A stretch of 64,000 nucleotides of DNA, taken from an uncultured delta proteobacterium (GTDB lineage: Bacteria; Desulfobacterota; Desulfomonilia; UBA1062). Of this stretch, positions 11,421 to 21,010 are shown in pieces (the first letter of the stretch is position 1; every line of letters begins with the position of its first letter). Under the pieces are notes generated by a model. The model was not told where the DNA came from and did no database searches. It saw only the letters and a list, made by a program, of their open reading frames with translations. The stretch spans positions 224,001-288,000 of the forward strand of contig CAWAUM010000005.1 in NCBI GenBank assembly GCA_963785235.1. Reading direction: 5' to 3'. A program made the position numbers and the translations under genes.

Positions 11421-13205
11421 TCATGGGTGGCCATCCTTGAACCACTGCGGGTGGGAGAAGAAGTACGCTTCCCCATATTGCTTCAGCATATCGCCGTTGA
11501 ACCCCATGACATCTTTACTGCTTGCCAGGACAGCAGTAGGCCACCACAGCCAGGCATCTTCATAGTTCTCATAGAGCGCCTTTTCCAGTTCAAAATAAAT
11601 CCTGGTCCTCTTGGCCTCATTCACATTCTCTCTGCCTGCCTTGATAAGCGAAATGGCCTTCTCGTTATGGCTTCTGCCATTGTTAAAGGGGCTGACCGGG
11701 TCATAGAGCAGGGTGGCGATATGGTCGGGTTCCTGGATCCACGGGTGGAGATTCCCCACCATGTCGAAGTCCTTTTTCTTAAAGGGTTCAAGCATGCCTG
11801 ATACACTCAGATAAACGGGCTTCCACGTTATACCCACCTTTTCGAGCATGGCCATTACGGCCTTAGCAAAGGCCTGGGCCTCGGGTAAATTAAGGGTGAA
11901 CCCTTTAAGCGTCAGTCCGTTTGGATAACCGGCCTGGGCAAGGAGCTTTTTGGACAATTCCGGATCATAGCCCACAGGTGACAGGTCAGGATTATGTGCC
12001 CAGTGGTCGTCGGGGTACATGCAGCTTGCTACCCTGCCCAGGCCGAACTGTGTTCCCATGACCAAAGCCTTCCTGTCTATGGCATGAGATATGGCCTGGC
12101 GGACCCTGATGTCGGCGCAGGGGCCTTTTGCATTGTTGAAGGTCAAATATATCAGCCAGTTCATGGGCATGGTGTGAACATTGAAATTGGGATCGTTTTT
12201 TACCAGCTTGTACTGGATGGCATCTGCAACGATAAAGTCGAGCTTGCCAGCCTTGAGGTTTGCCAATCGAACAGAAGGATCCGGGATAATCGAGATCCTC
12301 ATTCCATCGAAATAAGGCATGTCCGGCATCCCGATGCTTCGACCGAACCACCAGGCAGGGTTGCGTTTCAATTGCAGATAGTTATCCGTGCTTGCCTTCT
12401 CCAGCATATACGGCCCTGTGCCCACCGGGTTCGTATCGAGGGGCTTGGCGTCCTTTGCTATGGTGGAATAGTGTTTCAGCTGTGTTTCCAGATCAGCGAG
12501 TATTTGTTTTGCCTTGTCGGCCTTTGGCGCATCCTTTTCCACTGCAGCCTTTCGTCTGGCGCTTACGATCTCACGTTCGAGCCTTTTCACCTTGGTAAGG
12601 GCGGAATCTTTCTCAAGTGCCCTGGCCGATATTACATATCCCGGCACACTTGCCATGGTCCCTAAAAAGGCGCCCCAGGGCCTTTTAAAATGCCACTTCA
12701 CCGTGTACTCATCCATCACTTCAACCGATTTCAGCGGCTCGATCCATACCCTTGTCCAGGCTGCATTGTCTTTGTCCATTATCCAGTCCATCTGGTATTT
12801 GAGGCCCTGGGCATTGAAGGGGGACCCGTCGTGGAAAAGGACACCCTTCTTGAGCTTCATGACTACAGTTGCGTCATCAAGATACTCCCATGACTCGGCA
12901 AGCCATGGGGTCGTGGGCTTCTGGCTGCTGTCAAGATTGATGAGCTTTTCATACATATAGCTCATGGATACCCAGTCCAGGACAGGGAAGTGGTTGGGGT
13001 TCATCAGCCCTATGTACAAAGGTGATGCAGAGCGCATATAGCCGCCCCTGACAGGCTTGTCGGGACAGTATTTCTGCCCCCATTCCATCCACCCCGGTTT
13101 AGCCTTTGTATTGTCCTGTGCCCATGACGGGGCAGCATAAAATAGTGCCAGCAACAGAAACATCCCAATTGCAATGCCGGATAATGCCATCAGCCGTTTC
13201 TTCAT
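11421..13205 (-). CDS. ABC substrate-binding protein, family 5 (Opp/Dpp-like)
   Basis: PWLAESWE, FHDGSPFNA, PVGTGPY and VRQAISHAIDR motifs; signal peptide. Confidence 0.92.
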   Translation of the reverse strand: MKKRLMALSGIAIGMFLLLALFYAAPSWAQDNTKAKPGWMEWGQKYCPDKPVRGGYMRSASPLYIGLMNPNHFPVLDWVSMSYMYEKLINLDSSQKPTTPWLAESWEYLDDATVVMKLKKGVLFHDGSPFNAQGLKYQMDWIMDKDNAAWTRVWIEPLKSVEVMDEYTVKWHFKRPWGAFLGTMASVPGYVISARALEKDSALTKVKRLEREIVSARRKAAVEKDAPKADKAKQILADLETQLKHYSTIAKDAKPLDTNPVGTGPYMLEKASTDNYLQLKRNPAWWFGRSIGMPDMPYFDGMRISIIPDPSVRLANLKAGKLDFIVADAIQYKLVKNDPNFNVHTMPMNWLIYLTFNNAKGPCADIRVRQAISHAIDRKALVMGTQFGLGRVASCMYPDDHWAHNPDLSPVGYDPELSKKLLAQAGYPNGLTLKGFTLNLPEAQAFAKAVMAMLEKVGITWKPVYLSVSGMLEPFKKKDFDMVGNLHPWIQEPDHIATLLYDPVSPFNNGRSHNEKAISLIKAGRENVNEAKRTRIYFELEKALYENYEDAWLWWPTAVLASSKDVMGFNGDMLKQYGEAYFFSHPQWFKDGHP

Positions 13206-13236
13206 AGTAACGATAACCTCCTTTAAGCATAATCTA

Positions 13237-14223
13237 TTAGAGTCCAAAATGGCAGGCTGCCATATGATTGTTGGTCTGTATTTTTTTCAGTACGGGTTTG
13301 GATTCCATGCATATTTTTTGTGCCAGAGGACATCTGGGATGAAACCTGCATCCACCAGGGGCGTTGAAAAGGCTTGGGACCTCACCTTTGATCATGCAAT
13401 GTTCACGGGTGTATTCCATCTCAGGGTCCGGTATGGGTACTGCTGCAAGCAGGGCCTTGGTGTATGGGTGCCCCGGATTATGATAGAGCTCGGTTCTGTC
13501 GGCTATTTCAACTATTTCACCCAGATACATAACGGCAATCCTGTCGCTGATATGCCTGACAACGGCCAGGTCATGGGCTATGAACAGGTAGGTCAGGTTT
13601 AACTTCTCCTGCAGTTTCTCAAGCAGATTGATTATCTGGGCCTGAATGGATACATCAAGGGCGGAGACTGGTTCATCACAGACAATAAAGCTTGGATTCA
13701 CGGCCAAGGCCCTGGCAATCCCTATGCGCTGCCGCTGCCCGCCGCTGAATTCATGAGGATATCTTCTGGCCATGGCCGGGTTCAGCCCTACTATCTCCAG
13801 CAGGTGCGAGACCTGATCAGCGTATTCCCCTTTGCCATTGGTCAGATTGTGGATCAAGAGCGCTTCGCCTACAATATCCGATACCCTCATCCTTGGATCC
13901 AGAGATCCATAAGGGTCCTGGTAGATTATCTGCATGTGCTTTCGAAGCTTCCTGCGAGAGTTCTTTCCGAGTTTGGTTATATCCGTACCCTCAAAGAGAA
14001 CTTTCCCTGATGTAGGGTGCTCAAGCTGAAGAATTGTCCGGCCGGTTGTCGTCTTTCCACAGCCGCTTTCTCCCACAAGCCCGAGTGTTTCACCTTTTGA
14101 GATGTGAAAACTCACATTATCAACCGCTTTGAGAACGCCTGTCTTTTTTTTAAAAACCACACCACGGTAAAGGGTAAAATGCGTTGAAAGATCTATAACC
14201 TGAAGGAGTGCAGGGGTGTCCAT
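13237..14223 (-). CDS. Opp/Dpp-type ABC ATPase (OppF-like)
   Basis: GESGCGKT, FSGGQRQR, C-terminal GCRFHPRC..ACH. Confidence 0.93.
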   Translation of the reverse strand: MDTPALLQVIDLSTHFTLYRGVVFKKKTGVLKAVDNVSFHISKGETLGLVGESGCGKTTTGRTILQLEHPTSGKVLFEGTDITKLGKNSRRKLRKHMQIIYQDPYGSLDPRMRVSDIVGEALLIHNLTNGKGEYADQVSHLLEIVGLNPAMARRYPHEFSGGQRQRIGIARALAVNPSFIVCDEPVSALDVSIQAQIINLLEKLQEKLNLTYLFIAHDLAVVRHISDRIAVMYLGEIVEIADRTELYHNPGHPYTKALLAAVPIPDPEMEYTREHCMIKGEVPSLFNAPGGCRFHPRCPLAQKICMESKPVLKKIQTNNHMAACHFGL

Positions 14224-14224
14224 T

Positions 14225-15187
14225 TCAGGCACCCATCCAGCACGCTACTTCATGGTTGTCGGATACTTCTCTGAGAGCCGGGTGTTCTTCCCTGCATCGG
14301 TCCATCACCTGAGAGCACCGGGGGTGGAATGAGCACCCGGAAGGCAGAAAGGCAAGGTCCGGGGGTTGGCCTTCTATGGAGACGAGTTTCTTTTTGATAT
14401 CCTGATCCAGCCTCGGGACCGACTCCATGAGCCCTATGGTGTAGGGGTGCATGGGTCTGCGGTAAAGGTCCCTAGTCAGGGCCTTTTCAATGATGCGGCC
14501 TGCATACATGACAAGTACCTTATCAGCATAACGGGCAACAACACCCAGGTTATGGGTGATGATAATAAGGGCAGTGCCGCGGCTACGTGTAAGGTTCTTC
14601 ATGAGCTCCAGGAGCTCGGCCTGGATGGTTACATCGAGCGCAGTGGTCGGCTCGTCTGCTATTATCAGTTCGGGATCGCAGGAAAGCCCCATGGCGATCA
14701 TGGCACGTTGTCTCATGCCGCCGCTGAACTCATGCGGGAAAGCGCCGGCCCTGGCCCCGGCATCGGGGATTTGCACGCCCTTCAGGAGTTCTATGCAATC
14801 CTTCATCGCCGCTTTCCTCCCCATGCCCTTATGGAGCATGAGGGGTTCCATAACCTGGCGTCCTATTGTCAGTACCGGGTTGAGGGAGGTCATGGGCTCC
14901 TGGAAGATCATGGCAATCCGGTTACCCCTGATATGGCACATCTCATCCTCACGTAAAGACAAGAGATCCCTGCCTTGAAAGATAACTTCTCCCTTCACGA
15001 TCTTACCCGGTGGGTTGGGGATGAGCCGCATGATCGATAAGGCGCTCACGGTCTTTCCGCAGCCGCTTTCACCGACAATACCCAGCGTCTCACCTTCATG
15101 GAGATCAAAGGATACATCCTCCACGGCCTTTATGATGCCATGGTCGGTGAAGAAATTCGTACTTAAATCTCGAACCTCGAGCAACAT
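14225..15187 (-). CDS. Opp/Dpp-type ABC ATPase (OppD-like)
   Basis: GESGCGKT, FSGGMRQR, DEPTTALD. Confidence 0.93.
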   Translation of the reverse strand: MLLEVRDLSTNFFTDHGIIKAVEDVSFDLHEGETLGIVGESGCGKTVSALSIMRLIPNPPGKIVKGEVIFQGRDLLSLREDEMCHIRGNRIAMIFQEPMTSLNPVLTIGRQVMEPLMLHKGMGRKAAMKDCIELLKGVQIPDAGARAGAFPHEFSGGMRQRAMIAMGLSCDPELIIADEPTTALDVTIQAELLELMKNLTRSRGTALIIITHNLGVVARYADKVLVMYAGRIIEKALTRDLYRRPMHPYTIGLMESVPRLDQDIKKKLVSIEGQPPDLAFLPSGCSFHPRCSQVMDRCREEHPALREVSDNHEVACWMGA

Positions 15188-15197
15188 GTTGCAAGCC

Positions 15198-16112
15198 TCA
15201 TTTCACAAAAGTATTATTCCGGCGCAGCCGGGGATCGAGAGCGTCCCTGAGACCGTCCCCCATAAAGTTAAAGGCCAGGACCGCCAGCGTTATCATCAAC
15301 CCCGGCGCTAACGAAAACAGCGGCACGATCTCCAGGTAGGAATAGCCGACCCTCAGTTCGTTTCCCCAGCTCGATGTGGGTTGTTGAACGCCCAGGCCCA
15401 GAAAAGATACGGCGCTTTCAAGCATGATGTTACCTCCCAGGGCTATGGTGGCAGTGATGATAACAGGGGCCATGACATTGGGCAGCAGATGCTTGAACAT
15501 TATCCTGAAGCCGGAAGCGCCCAGAGCATGGGCTGCCTCCACATAGGGAAGTTCGCGCACGAGCATGACCTGGCCCCTGACGATCCGGGCAAACCATGTC
15601 CATGAAAGGATTGTGATTGAGATGACGATACTCTGCATCCCCGGTCCCAGGGCAGATACGATAACAAGCATCAGCACCAGCGCAGGCACACACATGAAGG
15701 TGTCTGTTATGCGCATGATGACCATGTCCACAACACCGCCCTTATAACCGGCAACGAGACCGATGAGCACACCGATGACAGCAGAAAAGAAGGTCGAGAG
15801 TGCGCCCATCATCAATGTGGCACGGGAACCGTAGATAACTCGTGAAAGCAGATCACGGCCAACATCGTCCGTGCCAAGCATGTGCACCCTGGTTGGGCCT
15901 TCAAGGACATGGTAGAGGTCCTGCTCATTAGGGTCGTAGGGAGCAAGAAAGGGCGCAAAGACAGCCATGGCGGTAAGGAACAAAAGAATGACGATTCCTG
16001 CAAAGGCGACCCTGTGATGTGCGAGGAGCAGGAAGACCTCACGTGTTCGAGTCCTTTGTTCCGGTAGGCAAGGCCCCTGATCCTGACCGTTCTTACCCTT
16101 GCCCATCTTCAT
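15198..16112 (-). CDS. Opp/Dpp-type permease (OppC-like)
   Basis: LGTDDVGRD, EAA loop, FMGDGLRDALDP. Confidence 0.93.
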   Translation of the reverse strand: MKMGKGKNGQDQGPCLPEQRTRTREVFLLLAHHRVAFAGIVILLFLTAMAVFAPFLAPYDPNEQDLYHVLEGPTRVHMLGTDDVGRDLLSRVIYGSRATLMMGALSTFFSAVIGVLIGLVAGYKGGVVDMVIMRITDTFMCVPALVLMLVIVSALGPGMQSIVISITILSWTWFARIVRGQVMLVRELPYVEAAHALGASGFRIMFKHLLPNVMAPVIITATIALGGNIMLESAVSFLGLGVQQPTSSWGNELRVGYSYLEIVPLFSLAPGLMITLAVLAFNFMGDGLRDALDPRLRRNNTFVK

Positions 16113-17068
16113 TGCTGAATCCTCACTCGCGGGTCAAGGTATCCGTATAAGAGGTCCACCAAGAGGTTCACGATCAGGATATTGATGGCCACCATAATCA
16201 GGGTAGCCTGAATAACAGGGAAATCATTTGAAAAGATCGCATTTACACCCATACGCCCCAGGCCGGGGATGGCGAACATGTACTCCACGATAAATGATCC
16301 AGCCACCACATAACCCCATGCAAGGCCTATAACGGTAACAACAGGTATCATGGCAGGCTTCATTGCATGCCTGATGAGCACGCCTCTTTTCCGCAGGCCT
16401 TTGGCGTATGCTGTACGGATATAGTCCTGGCCCAAAACCTCCAGCAGACTCGAACGCACGTATCTGCTGAGCAAACCGGCCCCATGGGTGCCCATGATGA
16501 AGGTGGGCATGGCAACGCTGGCAAGGTTGCCGGAAATACTTTCGGTGATCGGCACAAAACCGGATGGGGGGAGGAGGTGTATGATCACGGCAAAAAGATA
16601 GATCGCCACTATCCCTTCCCAGAACACCGGGATGGAAACACCGATAATAGCGCCTGTGGTAAACGAGACATCGAGCCATGAGTTCCGTTTCAACGCAGAT
16701 ATAATGCCGCAAGGGAACCCTATGATGCAGCTCCAGAGCACCGAGCCTGCAAAAAGCTCCAGAGTGATGGGCAGTCTGTGCATGAACATGGGGAGGACCT
16801 GTTCCCCTGTGGCAATGGATACCCCCCAGTCACCTTGAATGAAGTTTTTCATCCAGAGGAGGTATTGCATGTGAAGGGGTTTATCCAAACCGAACTGGGA
16901 CTTCAGGTCATTGATAATCTCGGCATTGACAGGTCCCATCCCCGAGGTCATCAACACAGCCTGGATGGGATCCCCGGGCAATACCCTGCCTAATATGAAT
17001 ATGAGGATTGAAACAAAGAACAGGATAAGCAGGGAGTAGAGGATTCTTCTGAGGATGTATTGTCTCAT
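16109..17068 (-). CDS. Opp/Dpp-type permease (OppB-like)
   Basis: LPGDP, GLDKPL, DYIRTAYAKGL, YLDPRVR. Confidence 0.93.
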   Translation of the reverse strand: MRQYILRRILYSLLILFFVSILIFILGRVLPGDPIQAVLMTSGMGPVNAEIINDLKSQFGLDKPLHMQYLLWMKNFIQGDWGVSIATGEQVLPMFMHRLPITLELFAGSVLWSCIIGFPCGIISALKRNSWLDVSFTTGAIIGVSIPVFWEGIVAIYLFAVIIHLLPPSGFVPITESISGNLASVAMPTFIMGTHGAGLLSRYVRSSLLEVLGQDYIRTAYAKGLRKRGVLIRHAMKPAMIPVVTVIGLAWGYVVAGSFIVEYMFAIPGLGRMGVNAIFSNDFPVIQATLIMVAINILIVNLLVDLLYGYLDPRVRIQQ

Positions 17069-17071
17069 ATC

Positions 17072-17969
17072 TTATTTAAAATAATCATCAGTATGACCTA
17101 AAAGATCCCTGGCTTTGAGTTTTACCGCACCATTAACAAAGGCTTCTTCAGGCAGTAAGTCATCAGGTGCGGAAAGGATCTTATTCAAGGTTGTGACAAA
17201 GAGCTCTCTGTCATTCTTCCAAACTGCATAGTATTTTGCATATAAAAAATACCACAACAGATACTTTGATTCCGAAATCTCAAAGGCTTCGTTGAAATGA
17301 TCTTTAGCCTGTTCAGACTGCCCGCCGAACATTTCCGGACGTGAAACAAAATTCGTAGCCCATAAGTGCATGGATGCCGCCATGATAGAATGTGTCATCC
17401 AATGCCAGGACCCTGTCCATCATGGCCTCTACCTTGGGCAGGTCATTCAATGCTTCAGAGTTATCGCTGTGGGCAAGGTTGATCCATGACAGCCATGCAT
17501 TTGTCGCGAAATACAAAGGGGCGATGTCCCGTTTATGAATGGTTTTCAGGGCATCGGTAAAGACCTGGAGGTCATCCTGCTCAAGGGCTTGTTTGAAGGT
17601 TTTATTCAGCGAGAGGTTCCGTAATGCATAGTCTCTTGCCTTGATGTAGAGCTGCCTGGCGCGGGGTTTATCCGTATCTTCCACAAAGAGAAATGCATAA
17701 CCCAGGTTGGCCTCAGCCGCACTTGTCAGCAGATATCTGTTTTCCGGGGAGACCATGATGAAGCCGTCCATCTGGATAAGCATGGCGGGCATGGCGGTGC
17801 GGACCAGATCTATATCACTGTTGCGGTTGGTTGCTAAACGCATGTCCTCCATAATGGGCCGCATGCCGTCCACCGACATCTTGGCAATGGTAGATGCGCA
17901 GCCACTGAGGAAACTTGATGAAATGATCAGGCACAGCATGGGAAATAGTATTTTGTGAGTTAAAGCCAT
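17072..17969 (-). CDS. TatT-like (TPAT/TRAP-T component) lipoprotein; frameshift near 17360
   Basis: Lipobox FLSGC, YAFLFVED, LDDTFYHGG and RPEMFGG..AKDHF motifs; two ORFs join on removing one G of a G-run. Confidence 0.75.
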
Positions 17970-18089
17970 AACACCTCCTTCCACTACCTTTTATCATTCC
18001 AATTCCATATTCAGATTACAGGATAAGGAAAGAATACTCATCAACAAGATGGATATTCACTCCAGGGAAAAGAAGCGAGATATCCTTTT

Positions 18090-18452
18090 TTATTCTTCAT
18101 AAGGCCAGACCAACCTGCAGTCACCATAGTCGTATCCTATAGCAGGTCCTATGACGAATGTAGTCTCAGGGCCTTTGTAGGTAATACCGAATCCGATGAC
18201 ACCATCAGTATATCCAAACCCGATTATTAAACCATTCATATAGCTTCCCATGGACAAGCCGATTCCAATAGATTTAAAGCATACTGCCTCCGAGTTAAAT
18301 GTCTTGGCTCCAAAACCTATGAAAAATTTTCCAATAGGAATGCCGATTCCGCCCTTTTTACAGTCGCAATCAACTGTGCTGTCACCAGCAAAGGCCAAAG
18401 TTCCGCAACCAATAAAAGAAACGACTAATAATGTTACCATAAACTTATTCAT
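18090..18452 (-). CDS. Small secreted Gly-rich hypothetical protein
   Basis: Signal peptide (..TLAFA), repeated IGFG/IGIG motifs, GGAGG RBS. Confidence 0.7.
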   Translation of the reverse strand: MNKFMVTLLVVSFIGCGTLAFAGDSTVDCDCKKGGIGIPIGKFFIGFGAKTFNSEAVCFKSIGIGLSMGSYMNGLIIGFGYTDGVIGFGITYKGPETTFVIGPAIGYDYGDCRLVWPYEE

Positions 18453-18554
18453 ATTTAAAACCTCCTCCATTTCTTTTCTTTAAAAATCATCTCATCGTAC
18501 AATTAATTTTGAATAAATTTAGACTACCTTGAATGAGTAAGGTTAAAATACCAC

Positions 18555-18605
18555 TTGACAGGAAGAATGTAATATAGCATTAATTGGTCGGACCACCCGA
18601 CCAAT
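18555..18605. promoter_or_regulatory. FadR/GntR-type operator with adjacent -35 box
   Basis: TTGACA at 18555; TGGTCGGACCA (FadR-like TGGTCNGACCA) at 18585-18595 within inverted repeat ATTGGTCGG-N5-CCGACCAAT. Confidence 0.7.
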
Positions 18606-18623
18606 AAACGCAGGAGAAGTGTC

Positions 18624-19359
18624 ATGAACATGCCGGCATCACGATTGAAGCAGCTGAGCAGGAGCAGACTCTATGAGAAGATCGCAGCACTGCTCCTGAA
18701 GAAGATCATCAAGGGAGAGATGAAGGTAGGCCAGAAGCTTCCCACCGAGAGAAACCTCGCCCTGACCTTGGAAGTCAACCGTTCGACAGTGCGCGAGGCC
18801 CTTAAAAAACTGGAGTCGCTCGATGTCATCGAGATCAGGCACGGTGACGGAGTATATGTGAAGAATTATATGGAGAGTCCGAATCTCGAACTCGTCAATG
18901 CCCTGTTTTATCTTGATGACACCCTTGACTCGGACATTCTCATGACCCTGCTTGAAGTAAGGCGTATCCTTGTACCTGAGATGGCATCCATTGCGGCACT
19001 GAACAGGTCTGAAGACCACCTGAAAACTCTTGAAGAGGTTGTGTTTCACAACCAGGACTCCACGGTGATGATCAGAGATATGAAGGTCCACCACACCATT
19101 GCCCTGGCAAGCGGCAATATCTTGTATCTTATCCTGCTGAATTTTTTCAACGGATTCTTTGTTGATTTCGGCCATCTCTATTTCGACAACCAGGATAATG
19201 CACAGCGGTCGGAACGCTTTCACAAGGAGATCTATGAGCTCCATCAAGAACGCAGACCCACAGCGGTCGAAGCAGGTCATGTTCGATGTGCTGGTTTATG
19301 CCGAACAGGCCATCCGTGCATATATACAAAACGTGAATGAAAAGGGGCAGCGCATATGA
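18624..19359 (+). CDS. GntR/FadR family regulator; frameshift near 19240
   Basis: KLPTERNLA..VNRSTVREALK wHTH and FCD-like C-domain; C-terminus continues in another frame to overlap the glpD start. Confidence 0.85.
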
Positions 19360-20993
19360 AGAGATTTATAGAAGAGCCCGGCAACCATGAGTATGATATC
19401 ATAATCGTGGGAGGCGGCATTACCGGGGCCGCAGTGGCCTATGAAGCGGCAAGCAGAGGCCTGAAGACGGCCCTTGTGGAAAAGAAGGATTTCTCCTGCG
19501 CCACATCGGCAGCAACATCCAAGCTTATCCACGGCGGGCTTCGCTACCTGGCCAATGCGGAATTCGGCCTTGTAAGGGAATCGCTTAAAGAGCGCAGGAC
19601 ACTAGAGAATATTGCCCCGAATTTTGTCTACCCCATACCCATGATGATGGTTCATGACACGGTCTGCCCCAAGAATAACTCCCTTGAGATCGGGATAGGC
19701 CTGCGGATATATGATGCCCTTTCCTATGACAGGAATCGTACATGGGACAAGAGCAAGAAGATCCCGCCCCACAGAAGGATATCCCCATCCGAGGCCCTTG
19801 TGCTGGAGCCGGGTATCTTTGCCCAGGGGATGAAGGGCGCCTCGGTTTTCTATGACTGTTCCAACATCTTCCCGGAGCGGCTCACTCTGTCTTTCATAAA
19901 GTCAGCCGTACACCATGGGGCCCACGTGTCCAACTACGCCAGGGTTGAAGGGTTCATCACAGGCAGCAGTGGCAAGGTTGAAGGAGTGAAGGTATATGAC
20001 CTCTTGAGAGGATCTACCGGTGAGCTGAAGGCAAGCCTCATCATCAACTGTGCAGGACCATGGGCGGATATCCTCCTGGGCCTGGCGAAACCGGGGAATT
20101 CTTCCAATACATTGAAGAGGTCAGAGGGTATCCACATTGTTACCAAAAAGTTCGTAAATTCTCATGTGGTAAGTTACATGACCAAAGAAGGCAGGCACTT
20201 CTTCATGATACCCTGGAGGGGGCACAACCTTATTGGGACAACAGACCAGCCCTTTATCGGCAACCCTGATGAATGGCGCGTGACCAGGGAAAGCATCCAG
20301 GGACTTATCGAGGATGTAAATACCACCTTAGGCAGCGATATACTCAGTTATGACGATGTCCTGTACACCTACGGCGGGCTCAGGCCGCTTGTAGAGGATG
20401 ATTCGGCTGACACGTACGGTGCGTCGCGCAGATATGAGATACATGACAATACCCTTGATGGGCTGCAGGGCCTTATCACCGTTGAAGGTGGCAAGTTCAC
20501 CACCAGCAGGAACCTTGCTGAGAAGGCTGTTGACCTGGCTGAGAAGAAGCTGGGAAGAAGGCACACGTCGTCGCCTACGGCAAAGCGCTATCTCTGGGGC
20601 TCTCAGATCTTGGACATGAAGGCCTTCATGCTCGACATCAGGCACAAGAACAAGGATTTCGGAACCTCAACGCTTGAGTACCTGGGCAAGAATTATGGAA
20701 ACGAGTTTGAGCCTGTTCTGGAGCTTGCACGGCATGAAAAGCAACTTTCGGAGGTGCTCAATGAAGACGGCGAAATCCTTGCCCAGGCAGTCTATGCAGT
20801 GCGTTACGAGATGGCGCGCACCTTAAGCGATATCGTGCTCCGCAAGACCGGCATCGCAACGCTGGGCAATCCCGGAAACGAGGTGCTGGAAAAGGTGGCT
20901 CTGAGCGCGGCAAAAGAGCTTGGATGGGACGATCAAAGGATTGCCCTGGAGCTTACCCATACGACCGAGGCACTCAGGGTGCCCGTAAACTAA
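19356..20993 (+). CDS. glpD: FAD-dependent glycerol-3-phosphate dehydrogenase/oxidase
   Basis: GGGITG, SKLIHGGLRYL, GGLRPL, GGKFTT. Confidence 0.88.
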   Translation: MKRFIEEPGNHEYDIIIVGGGITGAAVAYEAASRGLKTALVEKKDFSCATSAATSKLIHGGLRYLANAEFGLVRESLKERRTLENIAPNFVYPIPMMMVHDTVCPKNNSLEIGIGLRIYDALSYDRNRTWDKSKKIPPHRRISPSEALVLEPGIFAQGMKGASVFYDCSNIFPERLTLSFIKSAVHHGAHVSNYARVEGFITGSSGKVEGVKVYDLLRGSTGELKASLIINCAGPWADILLGLAKPGNSSNTLKRSEGIHIVTKKFVNSHVVSYMTKEGRHFFMIPWRGHNLIGTTDQPFIGNPDEWRVTRESIQGLIEDVNTTLGSDILSYDDVLYTYGGLRPLVEDDSADTYGASRRYEIHDNTLDGLQGLITVEGGKFTTSRNLAEKAVDLAEKKLGRRHTSSPTAKRYLWGSQILDMKAFMLDIRHKNKDFGTSTLEYLGKNYGNEFEPVLELARHEKQLSEVLNEDGEILAQAVYAVRYEMARTLSDIVLRKTGIATLGNPGNEVLEKVALSAAKELGWDDQRIALELTHTTEALRVPVN

Positions 20994-21010
20994 AAAATCA
21001 GAGGTAGCAG

